A stretch of DNA of 64,000 nucleotides from Negaprion brevirostris. Taxonomy: Eukaryota. Every line of letters starts with the position of its first letter. Position 1 is the stretch's first letter. This document shows, piece after piece, positions 40,071 to 53,689 of the stretch. Position numbers and translations under genes: made by a program. The notes under the pieces are model-generated. The model searched no databases. It saw only the letters and a list, made by a program, of their open reading frames with translations, and was not told where the DNA came from. Where the stretch lies: positions 47,359,189-47,423,188 of the forward strand of contig JARDVH010000121.1 of assembly GCA_030324005.1 (NCBI GenBank). Reading direction: 5' to 3'.

Positions 40071-41806
40071 CTGTGAAAGCACATTACAACATTCATTAGC
40101 AGCGATCGTTTCAGGAATATCAGCACATCGTTGCTGACCGTATGCATTCAACCAGCTAGCAACGCAGTGATAGGTTATCAGTTATCACAAAACAAGAAAA
40201 CACACCTTACACATCCCAGATTTTGGAAAGACTGAGACAGGAATCGAAAAAGGGAAGATTATACAGGGACCACTGGTGAGCCTCCAACATATTTCAGGTG
40301 AAAACAAAAACATGACTTCTAATTCCCTCTATGGCCTCACATCTCACTGTTCAGACATTCGGCACAAGAATGCACCATGATTTACAACATATAACTCCAA
40401 TGGTTTAATTTTCCATTTAAAATTGCAAAGATTTGACTTCACATGGAATCACGAAAATTATCTCTTGCTTTATACAGTTTATAAATAGTCACATTTTGTT
40501 TTGTAATGCCCCGTAAAGAACCTTGGGACGCTTTATTACATTTGATGCCCTATATAAATATAAGTTGTTTATACATAAAACAGTTAATCACATCTTTAAC
40601 GTTGGATTTGATCGTGCTGTCTCCTAGTTCGGTAAATATTATTTCAAAGTTATCATGTGATACTTATACGATACATGAAGTAAATTAGGTTAAACCAAAC
40701 AGGAAACAAACGAGTGTATATTTTATTAATTTTAATAATGTGAAAACATTCACCCAATATGGGCCGACGTGGATATTTTGTTATCGGTTCAAAATAGTTA
40801 CAACTTCTTCGCTATTCTGAATGTATTTAAAAGGCAATTTCCATACGTAAAGAGGTTGGATGACAAGGTTGAGAATTAGCAGGATTGCGAATTAAACGGC
40901 TCATTAATCACATCAGCCATTATTTTCCATTTAAAATCATCTTCAATTTATACTCCGCCCCCAGCAGCTTCGTGCCTGGGTGTTGAACCTCAGTTAATTA
41001 TTGTCTGAAACAGCCTAACCGAGCGAAGTGGTAATATATTAAACATTAGTGTGATCCATTGCATTTTTGAAATACTATCTTGCAAATGGCCATAATTGCT
41101 CTAGCTACAAATGTAAATGTTCTAGAACCAGTTACACGAGAATATCACCAGAGTACTTGGAATGGGTACTTGATACTTGGACTGATAGAAATCAGTTGCA
41201 GTTGAATCTGAGGGGAAAACACCTTCATGCTATACCACAGGTGGTAAGAAAAAGAAAAACTGCACTTGTGCAGCACCTTTCAGGACCCAAATTCGCTTTA
41301 CAGCCAGTGAAGTATTTTTGAAGTGTAGTCGTTGTTCTAACGTAGGATATAAAAGATGCATATTGAGCCATGGGTGCCAACCATGGCTGCCAACTATCTG
41401 GACTGACACTGAGCAATACCGAGAAAATGCTGCATTTTGGACGCTGTTACCTTCTGGTCAAGATTAACCATGGCCTGCTTTATCAGTTCAGATCCCAAGG
41501 CACATTTTCAAAGAATAAGTAAAACTTATTCCTGGTCAATGTTTGTCCCCCAACCAAAACATATTAAGCAGTCCTTCATCTTTCTCATTGATGTTGATGG
41601 AGCCCTGTTGTGTACAAGTGGATCTGTTTACCAACATGTCAGTCCCACTAATTCTGTTAATACTGCCAATTCTGAGTATGTAACTATTTACAACCTGTGA
41701 TCATGAAAGAATCAATAGGACAGGTTTTCCTCGGTTTAACAAAGAGGTTAGTTTATTATACTTAAACTGATCTAAGAACGAGCACTGATTTTCCTGTGGG
41801 CATGCA

Positions 41807-42335
41807 CACACTTTTGGAGTCTTGTCCTTCTTCTGGTGAATGAGGAGTTGTGTTCACAAACAGGCCATTTACAGACACAAACTCAATTTACAAGATAATT
41901 GTTGGAATGCAAGTCCTTACAGGTAATTAAGTCTTAAAGATACATACAATGTGAGTGGAGAGAAGGCCAAGCACAGGTTAAAGAGATGGGTATTGTCTCC
42001 AGCCCCACAACTTGCCTGGGCTTGCAAAATCTCACTAGCTGTTCTAGCTGGAGACATTGTACACATCTTTAACCTGCGCTTGGCTCTCTCTCCACTCACA
42101 CTGTCTGTATCTTTTAAGACTTGATTACCTGTAAAGGCTTGCATTCCAACCATTATCTTGTAAATTGAGTTTGTGTCTGTATATGCTGTTTGTGAAGACA
42201 AATCCTCACTCACCTGAAGAAGGAGTGAGACTCCCAAAGCTTGTGCTATCAATCAAACCTGTTGGACTTTAACCTAGTGTTGTGAGACTTCTTACTGTGC
42301 TTACACCAGTTCAATACTGGCATTTCCAGATCATG
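41807..42335. mobile_element. Penelope-like element end in inverted arrangement, forming a palindrome of about 400 bp
   Basis: Arms at about 41825-42003 and 42047-42224 are reverse complements around a 43-nt loop, followed by the terminus aaacctgttggactttaacctagtgttgtgagactt...gcatttccagatcatg. Confidence 0.8.
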
Positions 42336-43647
42336 GCATGCACATGCACATACCCACACTCAAAGTGCATATACATACAAATGCAGATTAGAGTGGGGAA
42401 GAAAAGATTGACTAAATCTAAGTACATACAAAAATTCAATCGAGTATACAGTCTTTTGTTTGAGTACTTGGCTGTCTTCTGGCTAATTTCAATGGTCTTG
42501 ATGCTTCCGATTTAAAGATATCGATGATGTGTTGTTATTTGGGAGAATGTAGTGCTGGTTCAGATTCTTTTAAGAAATCTCTGTCAGCAGCTGGATGTGC
42601 CTCGATTATCACAGTCAGGAAACTGCTCGAAGTTTACCAGGTGGGTTTGGAGACAAAAGGAGGCAGGAGGAACGCCACTTAGGTCTTCTCCTCAAGATTA
42701 AGCTCGGTGTCAGATAGCTCTGGTGGCACCTATCCCATCAGTCAAAATGGCGGGATCCCACATCAGATTCTGCACCTGGAGCCTCATGAGTTGTGCACAG
42801 GCAAGTTCCCCTCTGGCTCTCCTCACAGGCCAGCAGCTGATTTGCCGACCTGCCCTCAGATGATGGGGTTGAAAGTCCTGGAGCCATATTTTAAAAAACT
42901 GTCCAGCACACTCATATCACTCTCTCCAGGCCATCTGTCTTCACCAGATCACACAGGACATCAACAGCCCAGTGGAAAAAGGCTAGCAGCCTTCAACAAA
43001 GTCTGTTCCTTGATTCAACCATCTTCCCTCTCAGCTCATCTACTATGAGGTGCCTATGCCCCACTTCAACCTCCACCCACTGCATCTGGTTCTTCATCCA
43101 TTCCCTTTCAGTAAATGATGCAGTATCTCTTTGATCCTCTTGTTTGTGAAATTTTCATGCAGATTTTTCAAAGTTCAACTTCCCTCTGCCTTCCATTGTT
43201 CGTATTTTTCATCCACCTTCTTGCATCTCTGCCTGCCATTGCAAACCCTCACCCTGCAAATCAATGCAAATGGCATTTGTGCCACCTGCCTGTGAAAAAC
43301 CAACCCACCATTGGAGAATTACAACGTGATTTTACTCCAGTACGTTTTTGACTTTTTGGATCTCTGTTCCTGCCCACCACTGAACCTGCCATGGATGGAA
43401 TGACAGAATTCTCTCTTTGTTGAATTTTGCAGACAGACTGACTCCACTCCAATGAATTAGAATATGGGACATATACTAAATAAAATTGAGATTAGCCATC
43501 ATGGGCTGTGAGTTCAAATTACTTTAGTCTCTGTGGTCTGTCTTTAAAGTTCAATTCAGATTTCCAGGGCATGGATGAAAAATCATTATTTGGCATATGC
43601 TTTTACACCTTCATGACAAAAGCAAGAAGACCATCATCTTATCAGAC

Positions 43648-44400
43648 CATAACATCATAAGAAATAGGAACAGGGTAAGCCATTCAGCCCTTTCAGCCTG
43701 CTCTACCATTTAATAAGATCATGGATGATCTAACACTCACTATGTCCACTTTCCTGCCTTATCTCTGAAACCCTTAATTCCCCTACCTATGAGGTGCCTA
43801 TGCCCCACTTCAACCTTGAGGCAGAGAGTGGGTGTCAATGGGTGCTATTCGGATTGGCGGTTGGTGACTAGTGGAGTGCCCCAGGGATCGGTGCNNNNNN
43901 NNNNNNNNNNNNNNNNNNNAAATCTGTCTTAAATAAGCACCCCCTTATTCTGTGACTATGCCTTCTGGTCCTACATTCGCCCATGAGTGAAAAACATCCT
44001 CCCAACATTTACCCTGTTTCAATCATATGAGCAGTTATTCTTCTAAACACCAAGAGTACAGACCGATCTTGTTTAATCTTTCCTAATATGGCAGCCCCTC
44101 CATACCTGAGATCATCCTAGTAAATCTTCTCTGTACTGTCTCCAGTGATAATATATCTTTCCTTAAATAAGGGAGCCAAACTGTACACAGCATTCTAAAT
44201 GTGACTTCACTAGTACCTTGCACAGTTGCAGCAACAACTCTACTTTTATATTTCATCCCCTTAAAAGCAGCATTGCAATTGGCCTACCCTATTAACTTCT
44301 GCACTTTGTGCTAGCTTTGTTGATTTCATGAACAAGGATCCCTAAGTCCCTGTTCTCCAGCTTTCTTTAGTCTCTCTCCATTTACATAATAATGTGCCTT
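43648..44400 (-). mobile_element. CR1 LINE 3' fragment with a small opposite-strand CR1 RT piece at about 43820-43894
   Basis: Tail ataagaaataggaacagggtaagccattcagccc; gggagccaaactgtacacagcattct; ggagtgccccagggatcggtg (GVPQGSV) on plus. Confidence 0.75.
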
Positions 44401-45087
44401 CTCATTTTTTCATTGCTAGAAAAATAATAAATACCATTACTTGACTTCAGCACATAATCTAAGCTGACACTTCAGTACAGTATGATGGGTACACTGCATG
44501 AGTAAAGGCACTCTTTCAGTTATAACCCTTGCTTATATATAAAGCAGTGACTGTTTAAGATGGAAAAGTTCTTTGATATATCACAAAAATATCGAAAGAG
44601 AGACTAGAAGTGACCAAAAGCTTCGTTGAAGACATCATGAAGGAGAGACTAGAGATGGTGAGATAGAACATGTTTCAGAAAGAATTTCAGTGAGTGGGAT
44701 CAATAGGACTGAAAAACTACCACCAGTGGAGGAGAAGGAAGCAATAGAGGACTAGATAATTTGGGAGAAGATTTGTAGGCCTAGAAGAGGTTACAGAAGT
44801 AAGGAGAAGCAACAGGACGATGGAAAAATTTAAAGATGGGAACAAGAATTCTAATTTGGAAGATTGGAAAACTGGTAGGGAACGAGGCAGAAACACAATC
44901 AGTTTGGAAATGGTGAGGAGCGAGTAACAGAATGTTAAGCTGATGGAAGAATTTGTTGGGAAACAGGTGATTGTCCAACAGGAACAATGNNNNNNNNNNN
45001 NNNNNNNNNTTAATATAATCATCTCCAATTAGCTGGGGCATTTTCATATTCATGGAGACATTTTGCTTTAAAATTACTTTGAAATGG

Positions 45088-45390
45088 CCTGCATTTCCAC
45101 AGCATCTTTCAGGATCTCAAGACTTTCCTAAATGCTTTACAACCAATTAAGTATTTTTTGAAGTGTATTCAATGTTGTAAATTAGGAAATGCTGCAGACA
45201 AATGCACACAGCAAACTCTCACAAACAGCAATTAAGTAATGACCAGATAATCTGTTTTTGTAGTGTTGATTGAGGGTTATTGGCAGAACACTGGTTTACA
45301 CCCCTGTTTTTCTTTGAAATAATGTTATGGGATCTTTGCTGAGAAGGTAGATAGGGCCTCAGGTTAACAGCTCATCTGAGCACTCCCTCA
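45088..45390 (-). mobile_element. Deu-domain SINE (SacSINE1/AmnSINE-like) fragment
   Basis: gcacacagcaaactctcacaaacagcaattaagtaatgaccagataatctgtttt...gttgattgaggg; reverse homologue of 63095-63460. Confidence 0.65.
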
Positions 45391-45399
45391 ATTTCTAAA

Positions 45400-45728
45400 A
45401 AATATTCTCATTGAATGTGACAAGGGCAGTATTTGTTACCCAACCCTAATTTTTCTTGAACTGAGTGGCTTGCTCAGTCATTGCAGACAGCAGTTAAGAG
45501 TCAACAACATTGCTGTTGGTTTGAAGTCACATGTAAACCATGTAAGGACTGCAGATTCTCTCCCCTAGAAGAAATTTTTGAACTAGATGGGTTTTTATAA
45601 CAATCACTGATAGTTTCATGGCACCTTTATTGAGACTAGCTTTCAATTAAATTGAATTTAAATCCCACCAGCTGCTGTATGTTCCCACAGCATCTCAATT
45701 ATTAGTGATTCCCACTACGCTGTCATCT
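45400..45728 (-). mobile_element. tRNA-derived SINE, same family as 19905-20238
   Basis: gcagttaagagtcaacaacattgctg...gtcacatgta...gcagattctctcccctagaag. Confidence 0.7.
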
Positions 45729-47179
45729 TGTTAAATTATGAGGGTTTTAATACTGTACGTAGGAAGAAACTTTTTTCACTGGCAAGAAGTTGTCGACTTT
45801 AGGACAGATTTGTGGTAATTGTAACAGAACCTGGAGACAAATGCAGCAACATGTCATGATCTGGAGTGCAAATGTGGTGGAAGCAGACTCAAATAGTAAT
45901 TTGCAAAAGTATTATAAGTATGGTAACATGAATGTTTTGTTATTAGACTTGTAGATCAAAGACTTGAATTAATAACGTGGAAAAGTGAGTTCAAAGTCCA
46001 CAGTGATGGTTGGGGAATTTTCTAGTTGTGTCCTTCATCAACTGGCTTTCTGGACTACACTGTGGTTGCCTAAAAGATGAATTGGAAGATAAGAAAAAAA
46101 TCAACCAGAAAATTGCAATCCCAGTAGCTGTTATGGAAAATAGCAGAAAGCAATGCAAATTGCTTAATATGATTACCTGCTGATGATCTCAGAGTCAGAA
46201 CTATATGGCCTGTAGAAGAATTAAATGGATAGTGTGAATCCAGCTTATGTCCCTGCCAAAGAGGAAACAATGTATGGCCTTGGAATTGTCACTTCTGATC
46301 AGAAATAAAGTATTTTTATGAGCANNNNNNNNNNNTTGGATCTTCTACCGGAGTTTATTGAATGACAATTAAAAGAAAGAAGATCTTTTAAGTTCCTGTG
46401 AGACATGTTCAGATTGTGATTTGACTTCTAGTCATTTCATGGGCGAATATATCATGAACTTTTACAGATTATATAAAAGATTGACAAAATTCAATTTGGG
46501 GATCCCAGGATCAGCACTAGCATTTAAAATGTGGATTGTGCTAAGGTCTTTCAGATGGGACAGGCAACTGGTTCTAATTGGTGTTTAGTTCTGAGAAAGG
46601 GAGGTCCTATAAGATCAGATACCTCTGCCTTTAAAAAGTCCTTGGGGAATCAGTCATTTCTTTTCTGGAACAAATGGGACATTGCCAGATTTAGGAATTG
46701 TTCAGACATTGGACATGGGCACCAATGCAATGGAAAAATTAAAGAATGAGAATTAAAGCATGTTTAGTAGATCTGGCGATTACAACAGAAGACAGAATTA
46801 GAGCAGCAATAAGAGATTACTGAATCTAAGGAAAATCCAAGGAACAATTAATAGGTGTTTCAGGTGTGTTTTGAAGTACCATTATGTGATGAACTACCTA
46901 AAACGGAGGCAGGGGTCCAAACACATACACAACAAAGAGGCTTCTGAGGAAGAAGATAAGAAATAATGTACTTGTCATCCAGAGTTTTAATTCTGTGATG
47001 AATGTGTTAGTTGCAGACTCATTTAACTGGTCTGTGCTGAGAGCATTTGCACTTCAACAATATGTAAATCAGATTGAAATGTTATCCCGCTTTTATTTTG
47101 GATTCCGCTCATTTCTTAGATTTGGACTCTGGTCAATTTTTCGGTCAGATTTTGTAGTTTAATCAACTTTTGGCTCACT

Positions 47180-48378
47180 TGTAACGGCTTTATTCTGGCC
47201 ATGAGATCCCAATTCCTCTTACGGCATGAGCGAAAGGCAAATTGAATTTCTTTCCTCTCACTAACTGTCCATGAACAGAATGTAGTTTTGAATTATTTTT
47301 AAAGTAGGCTGTGTTGTGTTTTCCTAAACCTTCAGTTTGTGTTTTCCAATTTACTAATAACTCACAGCAAACATGTGTTATGATTAACTTAGAAGGAAGT
47401 TCATTAATATTAAAACTTGAGAGAGGAGTGTTTGCAACATGCCACTCTACTACACATACACATGCATAGGGGAGGATAGATAAAATAAGTTTTTACAATT
47501 ATGGATAGCAAAGGAAGCACAGAAACATATATTAGTTCATGTGATTATCAGAGTCCAGAGTCAGAGTTCAGTGAGGAGTCTTTTCACATCGGAGCTCCAG
47601 TTCAGCTGGCTGAAGACCAAAATTGCTGGGTTCTGTTTACAGTTGATGCTGATGCCATAAAATGAAGTCAATGCACAGAGACTGGGTCAGTTCTGCAGTC
47701 AATGGCAAGAAGTCTTCCAATAGAGGCAAGCTTCGAGCAGGCAGTTGCTCAACCTGGTGTTGTGCTTCTTGGTGTTCACTGGTTGGATGTTAAACTGCAG
47801 ACTGAGGTCTGATCATTCTCAGATCTCAAATAAATATGGAGATTTCAAAGTGGTAATTTGAGTCATGTGACTTCCTTTCTCCACATTGATTTCAAAAGTA
47901 ATGTTAATCCAGTGTCTGGAACTGGGTTTGATAAGATCCCATCCATTGGCTTTTGAAAAAGTTACTATCCATATTGAGGTTCTTGTGTTGGAAAGCCATT
48001 GTCCAGGCAGAATCTTTAACTCCACTACTGGGATAAGCTTATCAAGATGTAAATGATGTCCATTGTCCCCTCAATGGTTCCCCTGTGAAATGGACCTGGA
48101 CAATCATTAACAGTCTGTTCACAGCTCTTCTGCAGGCACAACAAGTTTTGATCTGCCAGTTCCCTGGTTTTGCAATTGTAATATCCTTGCAATTGGGTCT
48201 GTGATTCCAGAAAGCTGATGAGGATGCTTTGTCCTTTTAACTCCTGTTGGTAGCTTCCAAATCAGTCATGACTTTTAGCAGCCATCTTTTTCAGGTTCAG
48301 CAGAAACTCCAATTTTAAAATTAGCAACAAGAATAAAGTTTTGATACATATAATTTTGGATTTCATGTCATATTGACA
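47180..48378 (-). mobile_element. Probable solo LTR, about 1.2 kb, nested in the Copia integrase
   Basis: TGTAAC...TTGACA termini; integrase-like coding (aaaatcatggagaag...ggcattgga) resumes right after 48378. Confidence 0.55.
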
Positions 48379-50067
48379 TTATTATAAAAAATCATGGAGA
48401 AGTCTATAGGCATTGGATGTTTCTGATGGAGAATGGAGGGGAATTCGTCAATGGTGAGTGTAGAGAGATATATGAAAAGAGAAAAGTCTTAAATGGACTC
48501 TGTGAAAGGAATCATTTGGTAATCAAGAAAATATCGCAGGAAGTTTTGGCTTCTGGTGATTGAAGAAATGCTGCATGAAATTTTAGCTAATCAACCAGCC
48601 TAATGTAGATAGTTCATGTAAAAATATTACTCCAGGTAGTTAGAGGATATTGTCCCTATCAAACTATGAACAAAATCCCAAATTGCCTTCTGTGTTGTGC
48701 TCTAGGAAGTACTGCAATTTGTTCTCTTTTTCTGCATATTTGAACACTTTGCATGCAGAGAGACTGGCTTTCGTCAAGACTGAGGTTTCAGAGAAGATTC
48801 AGAGAGTGCTAAGGCATCAGATAAGATCATGCTAGACAGTGGTTAATTTAAAAGTAGTGTAGTTCAAAATGGACATATATCGAGAATGGAAAGGCCTTAG
48901 TAAGGTAATTGGTTGTAAAAGTAAGACAGCACTTATCAAACAAGCAGTCAAAGTGTTATAGTTCACTCCTCATGGTCAACTGGAATTAATTACAACATTT
49001 TGGATTCCTATAGAAGCAAACAAGTTTTCCTATACCTTAGGTGTTCGTGTGTTTGGTTAAGAAGATTCCAAGGAATAGCATATGGAGAATGATGAAGTGA
49101 ATGGTTAAGACACACATAACAGAGCTATCACATCTAAAGACCAATTGCCTATGGTGGAATATATATGTATATGAATATATATTCCACAAGGGTCAAGTGA
49201 AAGTTGGAATACAACAAATGTGGGAAATGCAGAAAAAGCTACTGGCAACTTTAAATATTGATTGAACAAGATGGCCAAGGAGTGAGGTCCATAGATTGGT
49301 AGAATGGAGTGAAAGGAGAGTAAAAAGGCACAGTGCAAGTATGTTAGTCAGTCCAAATTGACTCTTACATCAGAAAAAGACCTCACACTGAAGAAAGAGT
49401 CTCCAATAATGCGATCTTGCAGTAGCAGTCCTGACATACGTAAAATCATATGTAGAAGCTGTAACTTGAATAGATTGCATAATGAAATAAAGGCCGCAAA
49501 ACAATTGCAGAACACAACCATAAAACATAATCTTCATGAGCTTGAAATTTTGGCAACTGCCTATAAATTGAGGCTAATTAGAAAGGGAAAGTGAAAGGAA
49601 TTAGATCGTTTGAGAGTGTTTAGACATTATTAAGTTCCAGATAAGGGAAAACAACTTTGTCAAACAGTTGGATTTATACAGTAAAGTAATCTTGAAGATG
49701 GGATTTATAAGTCTAAAATTAGGCTAGTTGTGGGAATTTTAGAGTAACTGAGTAACTGGGTGACTCAGCTGTTAATGTTGACATTCCTATAGCTGGAAAA
49801 ATAATCTTGGAAATCTTTTTAGCCCTTTTGAAAGTGTAGATCAATTATCATAAAAGCTGAATTTCCACAGGGAGATGCTTTTAAAACCTGAATGAAGCTG
49901 CCAGTGTGTTGTATTTGTCGGTGAGGTCCGTTTTGCTAAAAAAGCGGGTGTATTCACCTAAACGCAGTTAAAACAATGTTTTATTAGTGTAAAAGAAAAA
50001 CCTTCAGGCATCTTCATGATTTCAAACCAGGGGTACTGCAGAATTTGAGAAATGTTCTCAACATTCT

Positions 50068-50231
50068 TCATGATGTGAAGATGCCAGCGTTAGACTGGGG
50101 TAAACATAGTAAAAAGTCTCACAACACCAGGTTAAAGTCCAACAGGTTTATTTGGTAGCAAAAGTCAAATAAACCTATTGGTTTATAAAAGGTGGCTTTT
50201 GCTACCAAGTAAACCTGTTGGACTTCAACCT
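50068..50231. mobile_element. Penelope-like terminus with inverted partial copy
   Basis: aggttaaagtccaacaggtttatttggtagcaaaag versus cttttgctaccaagtaaacctgttggacttcaacct; same terminus as 42250-42335 and 60746-60919. Confidence 0.75.
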
Positions 50232-51639
50232 AAAATTAGTGCAGAATTCCAATTTAGGAGTCAGGCTGTGGGGCTATTAAATATACTGGTTTAGAAACTT
50301 TAGATATTAAGCAAAGTAGCCCTGACATAAGTTAAAATTAGTACTCTTATACTCCTGTTAATCATATTAGGTCATCCATGAAATGTTATATGTAAGGAAC
50401 AGATGAAACAATTATGAAGTTTGATGGGTCAGTTAAACTGGTTGTGCACTCAGACTAGACTTGATGCTACTTTTACTGGTTGGGTGTTAAGTAAAATCCT
50501 GAAATAGAGAGTGTTTCAAGAGAAAATAAAAATTAAGAAAATAAAATCGGGATAAATGATCATCCTTCAGTGATACAAAGAATGTAGAGCTGATCTTTTT
50601 TTTTTGCATCACTTCACATGCTAATCTTTTTGGTGCATATTCTAGTGCCGTTTGGTTCAGAATGTTTCCTGTGGCTGAGAATTGGAAATGTTGTCCTTTA
50701 GCTTAGTGATAAATAGAAGTGATTGTGTATTATGTACCCTGGCTACTGAAACACTGGTTTTGTGGGGGTGGTGGATATGGAATTCCAGTTGTCAAATATA
50801 TTAAGCGAGCTTCTATATAATGGGCATACTGGAGATGGTATGTTCATTGAAAATTATGCAGATAATCATTCATTGTGGGATAATATATATGCTAAGTGCG
50901 AGTGAGATAAGTTTGGCCTTTCTGGCTTGAAGCAAATGCTGGAGAGAAAGAGAATCTCTGAAATTAAATGGTGGATGCAAGTCATCAACAATCAGATTGT
51001 TTGCAAAAAGAAATTGTTAGAGGTGTTGCAATGTGTTGTAGAAGTACGTCAGCCTTTGATTTACATAAGTTTGAAATTTGTTTTACTTATAAACTCATTT
51101 TATTTAAAAAGAAAAATGGGTATCTGTTAATTCTATATTTAATTATATACAGGTAGTTGGCATTTACTAGGGATTAACTTAAGTTCTTATGGATAGGAAT
51201 AAGTTAACCTGGTTATTGGATAAGGAGGCACATGTTTGTCTAGCACATCTGTGTACAAGTGTGCAAAGGTTGGTCAGTTCTATACTTCATTGACTTTTTT
51301 CCTTCAATATAGCACTCTTTATTTATCACTTTCAAATTTTAAAAAAAGGAACTACCAATTTGTCTTCTATAACTGTGATTCACCTCATTTCCCCAATTTA
51401 CTGAGATTGCATTTTTTGAATATACGTTGCAATGAGGATAGCATATTTATGTGATTGTGAATTACTTTACCATAATTTTTATATGGCTTCCTTAAAGAAG
51501 GTGCTATTCTTTTTACCACATAATTGCTAAAAATTGTGCTTTGAAATAAATAGAGAGAAAGTTCACTTCGGGGGTGGTTGGAAAGTTAAAGAGAATGAAC
51601 AAGACAAATAGTGCAAGGTAAGAATATAAATAATGGTAA

Positions 51640-53490
51640 TCAGAGTGTGACAGGAAGGGACAGAGCGTACAAAGATAAGGTCGAGAGCAGGGAAAAATGG
51701 TAAAAAGACAATGAATGCAACACAGCATTTGTGATAAGATAGATGAACTCAAGGCATAAATAGCAATAAATGAGTATGATATGATAGACATGGCTGCAAA
51801 GTGTCCATGGCTGGGACCTGAATATTCAAGGGTATTTCACATTGAGGGCAGGAAGAAAATAAAAGGGGGTGGGATGGCTCTGTTAATAAATGATGAGATT
51901 ATTATAGTAGTCAGAAATGATTTTGGTTCAGAAGATCAAGGTGTAGAATCAATTTGGGTGGAGATAAGAAACAGCAAAAGGAAGGAAATCACTGGTGAAA
52001 GTAACTTATAGGCCAACTAATTATAACTACAGCATAAAGAAATAATGGATGCTTGTAAGAATAATTGTGGGAGATGTTAAGTTGCTTGTAATTGTGAGTG
52101 TTAGGAATAAGGCATAGCTGTAAGTTTAGGTTTAATTTATATTCTTTATTTCTGGGTTAGGGAAGTTGAAACCTGGATCTTGTTTCATTTAGAGATTTAT
52201 CTGAAGGGGAATCAACAAGTCTCATGTTTTGTTTGTATACTTGCATTTTCATGAGGTTTTATGACCTTTGAAGTGGAGAGCTGTGTTATCAAGGGGGTAG
52301 TGGTTTAGGAAATTAAAATTATTTGGAGAAAAAATTTGAGCTGTTGCTATGCAAGGTGACCCAGAAAAAAGTAACATTCCACAGAAAGCACAAGAACAGG
52401 CAGGCCATGAAAAGGGACAAAGAACATGTCCCAAACTTAAGAGAAGTCCAGAAACTAGGGAGTGGGTCAGAATGTCCCAGTAAGAAACTTGAGTCAAGAA
52501 ACCAGAATGGTAATCTAAATGAGGTCCTGTTAAATGGAGTCGAGAGTGAGAAACAGAGGAAAAAGCTCCAAGATAAAAGACAGAATTGCAGGAAGCAGAC
52601 AAAGAGCAAAGTTGGCTTACAAGAAGTCAAAAGGTCCAAGTAGATGGCCAGAGGTGGGTAACTCTTTGCCACGTCCTGTGAAGCTGTTGTGTTCTTTTGG
52701 CTTGTTAAGTATCTGTGAGAGTGTATGGAACGCAAAGTTTGAATGTACATGGTAATCCAGAGAAAAGGATTATCCTAAGGAGAGATCAAAATACTGGAAG
52801 ACATCCCAAGAAAAATCATTGGGAAAAGATTCCAAAGTGAACTTTTCAAGAGCGGAGATTGGAAACTCAAGTCAGAGCTTCTGTGAGACCAGTTGGTTCA
52901 ATGTGACAAGTGTCTGGGAAGAGTTGATGAGAGATCCATAGGAGTTATTTTCAGCGGCATCTGTCACTTGATTGTAGATTGTGATGTGGTTTCAGAGTGT
53001 AATGTGTCTGACTACAGTTCACATATTGGTTCATATGAACTGTGTACTTACTGAGAGCATTAGCGATAAGATAGCTTTTGTAACTTGTGTTAGCCTTATA
53101 AATTAGTGTAGGTAAAGGAGTACTGTTATATAGCTTTTTTTTCTATTTCATATATGTTTTATTATTTTGTTAAAGGTTCATCAGGCTCTTATGACTCTGT
53201 TCAGTAGCCACCCTCCACAATACTAAACAAAAAATAAAAGTTAGGATCTATTAAGCCAGGTTTTATCCTGGGATCTGACTTGTCCAGTAGTAATGTCAGC
53301 TGGAGTCATAAGTGATTTTCAACTTTTTTAGATTAAATGAATTAATTTGACAAAGTTAGCCTGAAGGATGAGTTCATTGTGTATTTGGGACAATTTGCTT
53401 GAACAATCCCTTCTGGAATTAACTAAGCAACAGGCTATTTTAGATCTGGTAGTATGCAATAAGACAGGATTAATTAATGACCTAATTAGA
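51640..53490 (+). mobile_element. CR1 LINE AP-endonuclease fragment split by a solo LTR
   Basis: ORF 51781-52011 KGGGMALLINDEI...VESIWVEIRNSK; after the LTR, caggctattttagatctggtagtatgcaat (AILDLV.CN). Confidence 0.8.
52099..53311 (+). mobile_element. Solo LTR, about 1.2 kb, same family as 4554-5757
   Basis: Starts TGTTAGGAA, ends ...ggagtcataa, and has collinear similarity to 4554-5757. Confidence 0.7.
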
Positions 53491-53689
53491 ACATAGAACA
53501 TAGAACATTACAGCGCAGAACAGGCCCTTCGGCCCACGATGTTGCGCCGACCAGTTAAAANNNNNNNNNNNNNNNNNNNNNNNNNNNNNNNNNNNNNNNN
53601 NNNNNNNNNNNNNNNNNNNNNNNNNNNNNNNNNNNNNNNNNNNNNNNNNNNNNNNNNNNNTGTGTTATTTATAAGACCCAAACTGAATT

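Larger units (their letters stand above)
46025..51260 (+). mobile_element. Second, more decayed Ty1/Copia (GalEa-like) relic
   Basis: Integrase C-terminus QNPKLPSVL...YLNTLHAERLAFVKTEVSEKIQRVLRHQIR (ORF 48650-48835), RT remnants at about 49600-50400, RNaseH GKCCPLA-like...DNHSLWDN...LKQMLERK...VDASHQQSDCL (about 50685-51010). A 5' LTR end remnant tccttcatcaactggctttctgga lies at about 46030. Confidence 0.8.

Noticed and set aside
52323-52643. 106-aa Lys/Arg-rich ORF
   Set aside because: It lies inside the solo LTR, reflects purine-rich composition, has no domain motif and has no counterpart ORF in the sister LTR at 4554-5757.
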